A stretch of 57,959 nucleotides of DNA, filler included, from Callorhinchus milii (taxonomy: Eukaryota), in NCBI RefSeq assembly GCF_018977255.1. It is 2 parts of 2 records of this genome, joined end to end, with 100 filler letters (N's around TTAATTAATTAA, not from the genome) between each part and the next. Parts side by side here need not be neighbours in the genome. Positions count along the whole stretch, not along the records: positions 29,092 to 57,959 come from NW_024705662.1; 1 more part is not named here. One strand, given 5' to 3'. Below are positions 50,601-57,959 of this stretch, in pieces. Under the pieces are notes generated by a model. That model saw nothing but the letters and a program-made list of their open reading frames with translations, was not told where the DNA came from and searched no databases. The number at the start of each line of letters is the position of its first letter. Position 1 is the stretch's first letter. Position numbers and translations under genes: made by a program.

Positions 50601-52756
50601 GTCCCACAAACAGGCATGATGTGAATGACCAATTTTATCTGGAGGACTGTTGGTCAGAATACCAGGAAAAACTCCCTTCTTCGTTTTGGAACAGTGCCAC
50701 AGGATCTTTAAGGTCCAGGCAGCCCTGCATTTTTAACATCTCATCCCAAGATTGGACTTTGCTGCACTATATTGGAGTGTCAGCCTAGGCTACGTAATCT
50801 GATCTGATCTATATATTATATATATATGATATATGTAATCCTGATCTGGAGCTTGAACCCACAACCTTCTGACTCAGAGGCGTGAGTGCTATACTGACTG
50901 AGCTAAGCTGATACCTTTAAGAAGATTAGGGCGATTCCGTTTTCGAACTGCCAATATGTCCGTTGAATTGTTTCCGCCTGGCCAAGGCTGGAATGAAACA
51001 CAAAGCTCTCACTCTCTCTGGCATTCACATTTCCTGTCTGTTTACTAGGGTAACACTCAGTTTTCCATCATAGCTGAATCTTGTCTCTGCTGCTGATGTA
51101 TTGTTTTATTTTATATTATATTATGTATTATTAGCTGCAAGCTTCACTTATACATTGTTCATTTATAATGAAACCACTTTGCACACAGAGACAACTCTGT
51201 GTACGAACATTGTTACGATGTTCTCTCCTCCTCTAAAACACGAATATCAACAACCACAACAACGAACAAACAACAACAGCACCAACTTGCATTTATACTA
51301 AGCCCTTCACGTTGTGAGGTAATGTCTCGGAACACTTCACTGAACGAAACCTTGAAGTTACATATGACCAGAGGCATTTTAAAATTCCATGAAAACCATT
51401 TTTTTTTACCCAGTGCAGAAGTGTACCATAAGGCAAAGATTCTTGGAACGTCTGATTCACTTACAACACTTTAAAGTTGAACTTTTTTCCCCTAAAATAC
51501 TCTCCACTGAACTCTCAGGTTCAAACAACCCGAGATGTTGAATTCGAGAGACAAAATAATGAAGAGATTGAAATTTTCAATGTTCTTTTTTTCAATTCAT
51601 CCGTCATCGAATGAAGTGGTTCATTTTCCCATCTGGTACAGGTCTGCTCATCTCAACCACAGAATAATAATAATAATAATAATAATGATTTTAATATAGA
51701 GGCTTATTAAGTCGCAGAGAAATCTGAAAGCGCTTCACAGGATATATTGTAAAATGGATTGACTTTGCAATATATCTTGAATAGTGGCTGTCATCCCAAA
51801 ATCTTTTAAACGGTAACTCATTGGATCCATTTTTTTTCTCCGGCTGGAGTGCGCGTGTGTGGGTGTGTGTGTATAAAATGTGTTTGTGCGTGTGGTGAGG
51901 AGGGGAAGAGAGAGAGAGAGATTTAATTCCTGATCCAAGAGTACTGCATGTTGCAAATCAGACAAACTGTGCCCTTTACAGCAAAGCTGCCGAGCTCATT
52001 TTCAGTCATTCCTTTTATTTCCCCCGCAACACACGCAGTCAATTCACTTTACAGTATATTCCGTGAAGCGCTTTGAGACGCCTCAACGATGTGGTAAGGC
52101 GCTGGATCAAACTCAAGATTACGATTATTATTTTAGGGGCAATTAGTTACAGTCATAGCACTGATGATAACTGCCCTCCGCAAGTTGTCATTGAGACAGA
52201 GAACCCAGAGACAGAGAGAGAGAGAGAGAGAATTGTTGCTGCATATTTGAAGGCACATTCTGCTTCTCCCCCACACTCTCTCTCTCTCTCTCTGTGCCCC
52301 ACACTCACCCCCAAACCCCCTCTCTATCTCTCTCTCTCCCCCCAAACCCCCCCCCCCACCCCACATTCGCAGTTCATGCTGAAAGCTCGTCAAGAAGCTG
52401 ATGTGAATCCCACAAAGCCACACATTAATTAACACACGAGCAAAACAAAATCCCTGCTGCCCTCCCCCAGTTTGCAACCTCTCTCTGATGAAAGACTGGA
52501 TGCCACAGAGAGGAACGAAGTTAGCAAAAGCATAGCGATGACGAGCATCTATTCTGATATTCCTTCAGTTATTGCACAGAGAGAGAGAGAGAGAGAGAGA
52601 TGGATGGATGGATAACATTGCAATATTTTTTTTTAAAAAAACAAGAAAAAAAAATCAGCCCCTCACCTCTTTATTGTAAGCCTGGAGGGCCTTTAGCACA
52701 GTGTCTTGATCGCTGGTTTCAAGTCTGTCTATGATCGTATTGAGGTCCATTTTCAT
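29483..52756 (-). CDS. RIC8A: Synembryn-A / Ric-8A (G-alpha chaperone and GEF), 10 coding exons, 1623 nt, 540 aa
   Basis: join(52667-52756, 45703-45750, 39718-40329, 38258-38352, 36052-36202, 34603-34698, 33632-33776, 32457-32601, 31728-31847, 29483-29603). All introns are GT-AG with consistent phases. Motifs [66 protein letters not shown] and INPVTG are closer to RIC8A than RIC8B (no RIC8B-type insert in exon 5). Confidence 0.95.
30790..31000 (-). mobile_element. L2-clade LINE 3' fragment
   Basis: Encodes [18 protein letters not shown], an L2 C-terminal pattern, followed by a gtt-type tail. Confidence 0.55.
31728..31847 (-). CDS. RIC8A: RIC8A coding exon 9 ([10 protein letters not shown]...MFDKLS)
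   Basis: 120 nt, phase 2-2. Confidence 0.92.
32457..32601 (-). CDS. RIC8A: RIC8A coding exon 8 ([21 protein letters not shown]...[16 protein letters not shown])
   Basis: 145 nt; contains the conserved acidic CK2-site motif. Confidence 0.93.
33632..33776 (-). CDS. RIC8A: RIC8A coding exon 7 ([15 protein letters not shown]...LCKES)
   Basis: 145 nt with AG/GT boundaries. Confidence 0.93.
33975..34310 (+). mobile_element. CR1-clade LINE 3' fragment
   Basis: [29 protein letters not shown], then the gatgggccgaatggcctccttctgtgctg...attcta 3' end typical of CR1. Confidence 0.75.
34603..34698 (-). CDS. RIC8A: RIC8A coding exon 6 ([10 protein letters not shown]...RKFLRFK)
   Basis: 96 nt, phase 0-0. 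Confidence 0.92.
36052..36202 (-). CDS. RIC8A: RIC8A coding exon 5 ([18 protein letters not shown]...EERLDR)
   Basis: 151 nt, phase 2-0. Confidence 0.93.
38258..38352 (-). CDS. RIC8A: RIC8A coding exon 4 ([31 protein letters not shown])
   Basis: 95 nt, phase 0-2; absent from the ORF track. Confidence 0.92.
38921..39240 (-). mobile_element. Penelope-type pLTR fragment with a degenerate hammerhead (39021-39058)
   Basis: Minus strand reads agtt-CTGACGA-a-gggtc-atg-gaccc-G(t)AAA-CGTT-gact, followed by gatgctgcctgacctgctgagt...ttccagcat. Confidence 0.65.
39718..40329 (-). CDS. RIC8A: RIC8A coding exon 3 (KLGELVMRF...NKREVDE)
   Basis: 612 nt, phase 0-0; core of ORF 39634..40365. Confidence 0.95.
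40551..40716. mobile_element. Degenerate Tc1/mariner (Tigger-like) MITE
   Basis: TA flanks with imperfect TIRs cagtgaacttcactataa / ttatggtggggttcgaatg. Confidence 0.45.
45703..45750 (-). CDS. RIC8A: RIC8A coding exon 2 ([16 protein letters not shown])
   Basis: 48 nt; tctttcag| ... AAG|gtaagt; aligns with mammalian HSQSFTFDDAQQEDRK. Confidence 0.88.
45858..46285. mobile_element. Two oppositely oriented tRNA-derived SINE heads
   Basis: A-box/B-box-like ggctcagtcggtagc...gggttcaagtccc on plus (about 45860-45915), with a reverse-complement relative at about 46215-46280. Confidence 0.6.
47625..47947 (-). mobile_element. tRNA(Ala)-headed SINE with Deu-like core
   Basis: Head cctgtagtttagtggtaagggcactcacctCGCaagcgagaggacctgggtttgattcc; core tgtgggatattgctgtacgcaattggctgc. 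Confidence 0.65.
49065..49525 (-). mobile_element. L2-clade LINE 3' fragment
   Basis: [35 protein letters not shown]...[14 protein letters not shown]; tail gcgctatacaaatgtaagtagttgtt. Confidence 0.8.
52667..52756 (-). CDS. RIC8A: RIC8A coding exon 1 ([30 protein letters not shown])
   Basis: gccATG start; donor GAG|gtgagg. An upstream acceptor tctttgtgctccag at 52787-52788 implies a further 5' non-coding exon. Confidence 0.9.
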
Positions 52757-53031
52757 GGCAGTTGCGTGTGTGTTGGATGTGGAACTCTGGAGCACAAAGA
52801 TACAGATACAGATACAGACACCACACACACACACACGTCCAGCTGATGCCTTGATCTTGACAGGTCTATCTAATGTGCAGCTGTGATCTCCCAATCTCCC
52901 TCCAGCTCAGATACAGGCAGTCAGTCAGACTGGTCCACTGGCATTGAAGCTTGCAGATGACAGCATCTCAGTGGTGCTGATGGTGGTGGTTAAGGGAGGG
53001 AGGGAGAGGGGGAGAGGGAGAGGGGGTGGGG

Positions 53032-53064
<33 letters not shown>

Positions 53065-53897
53065 ACCACAACCATTCGAGATCTTCTGGGAATCGTAGTT
53101 CACTATTGCATCCTCTTTGTTAGGCTTTTCTGTGATTACACAGAGAGAAATCAGAAAGAAAAAGAGAAAGAGAGGAGATCTGAAATAATGGCTCTTCCAG
53201 GTTCCATCAATGTACCCTCTCCCCCCCCCCACTCCCCCCTCCCGTCCCGACAATAATATTAAGAGATAGCAGAGGAGGCGGATCTCTCAATAGGTCATAT
53301 TATTTGCAAACAGCTATTTGCTGCTGCAAATAGGAACTGCTCATGGAACCAAATGCATTTGCTCCACTTGCTTCAAATTGACATCGACCTGGGAGGCTAC
53401 TTGCGTTTGAGAGGCGAGCGGATTGCTTAACGTTTTACTAAATTAATCTGAGTGAATCCAGTGTTGCCGCAGGTTTAATGTTGAGTCAATTCAGAAATCA
53501 CACACACACACCCTCTAAAAGAAGCTTATCGAGCATCCCCGGTTCCATCCCTCTTGAAGACTTCTCACGCCCAATTTGTTTGTGTTTCTAATCAAACTCA
53601 ATGTGGAAAAACAAGTAGGTATAATAATAATGACAAAAAAATACTCTTATTATAAATGGAATGATCAATCCTTGCAGTTTATACAGCGCCCTAGTTTGTT
53701 GTTCATCCGAAGGATAGCACTTTCAACTATGCAGCACTTCCTCCAAACACTCTACTGGAGTGTCAGCCCAAACTAGGAGTTCAAAGTCCCTTGGAGTTCA
53801 ACTTTGAGCTTGAACCCACAAACAACCCTCTGTCTCCTTGGCTGAAGTCAACCGAGCCAGGCGGACACCTTATGTTGTGGGGATGTGTAGCTTCAAA

Positions 53898-54230
53898 TAA
53901 TAATAATAATAATAATAATAATAATCCTTGCATTTGATATAGCGCTTTTCACGTCGAGAGGACGTCCCAAAGCGCTTCACAGAACACACTGCAAAGTGAA
54001 TTGACTGTATATTTGTGGGCGAACGCGGCAGCCAATTGCGCACAACAATGTCCCACAAACAGTCGTAGATTGAAAATGACCAATTTATTATTGTTTTTTG
54101 TTTTTGGAGGGATTATTATTAGGCTCTGTGTGGAGTAAGGAAACTTGCCCAAGGTTTCGCCCTCTGCCTGGAATTGAACTCAGGTCTCTCACTTGCAAAG
54201 CGAGTGCTCTAACCACTGAGCTACAGGACT
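53898..54230 (-). mobile_element. Near full-length tRNA(Ala)-derived SINE (Deu-like core, L2-like tail); many partial copies elsewhere in RIC8A introns (e.g. about 30270, 35005, 37165, 38755, 42015, 49920, 52035, 54960)
   Basis: Head gtcctgtagctcagtggttagagcactcgcttTGCaagtgagagacctgagttcaattcc; core gtgcgcaattggctgccgcgttcgccc; tail gcgctatatcaaatgcaagga(tta)n. Confidence 0.75.
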
Positions 54231-55419
54231 CCACAAATATTCAATGCATGCCTCATTGGGAAATTTCACTTGGACTTTAGACATTCACGACCTATGTGTT
54301 TAACTAGTTCATGATACTTGCACCTAATATGTTCGGGAATTAGGTAAGCAGGATGCGTAACCGGAGGGAGAGGGCGCACGTTCCATTTGAACAACCTCTC
54401 AGGAATTTCATGCGTCGGTGGGATCCATGGAATTCTCAGTTTGGTTAATTCTCTTAAGCACGGTGATGGGTTTCTGCATGTGTCAGACATCTGGCTAACC
54501 CCCCAAAAAATGTTTCACTCAACTATTCAACATAGCATTGGACACCTCCTAGCTGCACCTCGTTTGATTAGTGACACAGGGAGCGATGTCAATTTCTTGA
54601 AAGCACACTCGCACACTCTATGATGGAAATTTCATTTTCTTTCTTATACTGCAATAGCAAATGTACATTAATAATAATACATCAATAATAATAAATTGCC
54701 AAAATGAGGGTATATATTGGGTATTTTTTCAGCTAACACTAAGTCACCCGAATGCTAATCTTACCTTTTGGATTCACGTCATCACCTAGTGGTTGATTTA
54801 GTGCGTCATTGGATTGTAATCTACCACAGCACTGTATGTTATTTGCTTCACTGGTTTCTGAGAGGATCCCTTTCTGGATGGATATTAATAATAATTATTA
54901 GTATTATCCTGGCATCTGACATAGCACCTTAACATATTAATAATAAATCCTTGCATTTGACATAATAATAATAATCTTTGCATTTCACATAGCGCCTTAT
55001 CACGTCTTCTAGACGTCTCAAAGCACTTCACAGGAATTTACTGCGTAGTGTAGTGTCTGTGTAGTTTGTAGCAAACGCGACAGGCAGTTGGCGCACAGCG
55101 AAGTCCCCCAAACAACAACAACAACAACAAGATTACATTTGTATAGCGCCTTTCACGTCGGGAGGATGTCCTAACATGTACAACATTTCAGACTCAAGCT
55201 GGAGTCAGTGGGGGGGGGGGGGGGGAGTAATGGAAGTGACATGAAGTTGACAGGGTCAATTTTATTTGGGGGAATTGTCGGCCAGAACCCAAGCAACGAT
55301 CTTGGATTGTCGGCGGGGGCGCGTCCTTCAGGTGGAGACGTTAAATCGAGGACCTGTCGGACAGCTCGTGGGGACGTTTAAGATCCCAAAAGGCACGAAT
55401 CAAAACCAAAAGGGAGTTG

Positions 55420-56092
55420 GTGGGGGCTGGAGGGATAGGGGGGGCCTGGAGGGATAGGGGGGGCCTGGAGGGATGGGGGGGGCCTGGAGGGATGGGGGGG
55501 GGGGGCTGGAGGGATAGGGGGGGCTGGGGGGATGGGGGGGCCTGGAGGGATGGGGGGGCTGGGGGGATGGGGGGGCCTGGAGGGATGGGGGGGGCCTGGA
55601 GGGATGGGGGGGGGCTGGGGGGATGGGGGGGGGCCTGGAGGGATGGGGGGGGCCTGGAGGGATGGGGGGGGCTGGGGGATGGGGGGGCCTGGAGGGATGG
55701 GGGGGCCTGGAGGGATGGGGGGGGCCTGGAGGGATGGGGGGGGCTGGGGGGATGGGGGGGGGGCCTGGAGGGATGGGGGGGCCTGGAGGGATGGGGGGGG
55801 CTGGGGGGATGGGGGGGCTGGGGGGCTGGGGGGGGCTGGGGGGATGGGGGGGGGGCCTGGAGGGATGGGGGGGGGGCTGGAGGGATGGGGGGGGGGCCTG
55901 GAGGGATGGGGGGGGCCTGGAGGGATGGGGGGGGCCTGGAGGGATGGGGGGGGGGGCTGGAGGGATGGAGGGATTGGGGGGGGGGGGCCTGGAGGGATGG
56001 GGGGGGGGCTGGAGGGATGGGGGGGGCCTGGAGGGATGGGGGGGGGGGGCTGGAGGGATGGGTGGGGGGGCTGGAGGGATGGGGGGGCTGGA
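55420..56092. repeat. G-rich minisatellite (about 18-bp unit GnCCTGGAGGGAT)
   Basis: Dozens of copies with variable G-runs. Confidence 0.92.
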
Positions 56093-56095
56093 GTC

Positions 56096-56261
56096 ACAGA
56101 CAAGCGTGCTGGTGGCTGGGCATTGGTTGCACGGTGCAGGGGGCGGGGCTGGAGGCACAGACAAGCGTGCTGGTGGCTGGACAGGGTTGGTTGCACGGTG
56201 CAGGGGGCGGGGCTTGAGGCTCAGACAAGCGTGCTGGTGGCTGGGCAGGGTTGGTTGCACG
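56096..56261. repeat. About 63-bp tandem repeat, 2.6 copies
   Basis: cagacaagcgtgctggtggctgg...ttggttgcacg recurs three times. Confidence 0.85.
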
Positions 56262-56265
56262 ATAC

Positions 56266-56310
56266 CTTGTGACGTTGGCGTTTACCCAGAATCCTCCGGC
56301 AACGGCGGCA
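56266..56310. promoter_or_regulatory. Putative compact bidirectional promoter for RIC8A and BET1L
   Basis: CRE-like TGACGT at 56270; ZNF143/Staf-like TACCCAGAATCCTCCG at 56283; YY1-like AATGGCGG over the ATG; minus-strand donor AAG|gtatcg at 56265. Confidence 0.55.
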
Positions 56311-56329
56311 ATGGCGGAAAGGAACCGCA
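56311..56329 (+). CDS. BET1L: Probable BET1-like Golgi SNARE first coding exon (MAERNR + 1 nt)
   Basis: gcaATGG Kozak context; 19-nt coding stretch followed by |gtgagt; resembles mammalian MADWAR. BET1L lies head-to-head with RIC8A in human. No downstream exon in the window. Confidence 0.6.
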
Positions 56330-56349
56330 GTGAGTGATTGAGACCCTAA

Positions 56350-57959
56350 ACACTGTACACACCCTATACACTGTACACACACCCTATACACTGTACACAC
56401 ACCCCATACACTGTACACACACCCTATACACTGTACACACACCCCCATACACTGTACACACACCCCTATACACTGTACACACACCCTATACACTGTACAC
56501 ACACCCCATACACTGTACACACACCCCATACACTGTACACACACCCTATACACTGTACACACACCCTATACACTGTACACAACACCACCCCATACACTGT
56601 ACACACACCACCTATACACTGTACACACACCCCCTATACACTGTACACACAACCCCCTATACACTGTACACACACCCTATACACTGTACACACACCCCAT
56701 ACACTGTACACACACCCTATACACTGTACACACACCCCATACACTGTAACACCCCCATACACTGTACACACACCCCATACACTGTACACACACCCCATAA
56801 CACAACTGTACACACACCCCATACACTGTACACACACCCCATACACTGTACACACACCCTATACACTGTACACACCCTATACACTGTACACACACCCTAT
56901 ACACTGTACACACACCCCATACACTGTACACACACCCCATACACTGTACACACACCCTATACACTGTACACACACACCCGATACACTGTATACACACACC
57001 CTATACACTGTACACACCCCATACACTGTACACACACCCTATACACTGTACACACACCCTATACACTGTACACACACCCTATACACTGTACACACACCCC
57101 ATACACTGTACACACACCCATACACTGTACACACACCCTATACACTGTACACACACCCTATACACTGTACACACACCCTATACACTGTACACACACCCTA
57201 TACACTGTACACACCCTATACACTGTACACACACCCATACACTGTACACACACCCTATACACTGTACACACACCCTATACCACTGTACACACACCCCTAT
57301 ACACTGTACACACACCCTATACACTGTACACCACACCAACCTATACCACTGTAACACTGTACACACACCCTATACCACTGTACACACACACCCATACACT
57401 GTACACACACCCCTATACACTGTACACACACCCCTATACACTGTACACACACCCTATACACTGTACACACACCCATACACTGTACACACACCCTATACAC
57501 TGTACACACACCCTATACACTGTACACACACACCCTATACACTGTATACACACACCCAACACTGTACACACCCTAACACTGTACACACTACTGTACACAC
57601 ACACCCTATACACTGTACACACACCCTATACACTGTACACACACACCCTATACACTGTACACACACCCTATACACTGTATACACACACACCCTATACACT
57701 GTACACACACACCCTATACACTGTACACACACCCCTATACACTGTACACACACCTCCTATACACTGTACACACACCCATATCCACTGTACACCACCCTAT
57801 ACACTGACTAACACACCACACACCGATACACTGTATGACACACCCTATACACTGTAACACACCCCATGTACACCTGTACACAACACCCTATACACTGTAC
57901 ACACACCCTATACACTGTAACACACCCTATACACTGCATACACACCCTATACACTGTAC
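56350..57959. repeat. About 22-bp minisatellite (cacaccctatacactgtacaca)n running to the window end
   Basis: Continuous tandem copies that degenerate toward the 3' end. Confidence 0.95.

Noticed and set aside
55378..57857. Pro/Gly-rich and YTVHTP-repeat ORFs up to 507 aa
   Set aside because: Translations of minisatellites, open in several frames on both strands.

Overview
Eukaryotic (vertebrate) DNA made of two unrelated pieces joined by an artificial 100-bp spacer (N44-TTAATTAATTAA-N44, 28992-29091). LEFT (1-28991) is TE-rich and looks lamprey-like (inference). It holds a frameshifted Penelope-like retroelement (RT + GIY-YIG) and several pseudo-LTR copies carrying five minimal type-I hammerhead ribozyme motifs with compensatory stem changes. 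It also holds a solo LTR with a TATA target-site duplication, a Chapaev3-type transposase relic and simple repeats. It ends in a ~1.95-kb tandem array (9 full units + 1 partial). The ORF track misses that this array appears to be the body of a spliced gene: one upstream exon encoding MGACCSC... (myristoylation/palmitoylation-type N-terminus) followed by a two-exon, phase-2/phase-2, 109-codon module that is open in all nine units. RIGHT (29092-57959) looks cartilaginous-fish-like (inference). It contains a complete 10-coding-exon RIC8A gene on the minus strand (540 aa). Its introns carry SINE, L2, CR1 and Penelope debris, including a sense-strand degenerate hammerhead. A very compact putative bidirectional promoter shared with the first exon of BET1L sits between two minisatellites.
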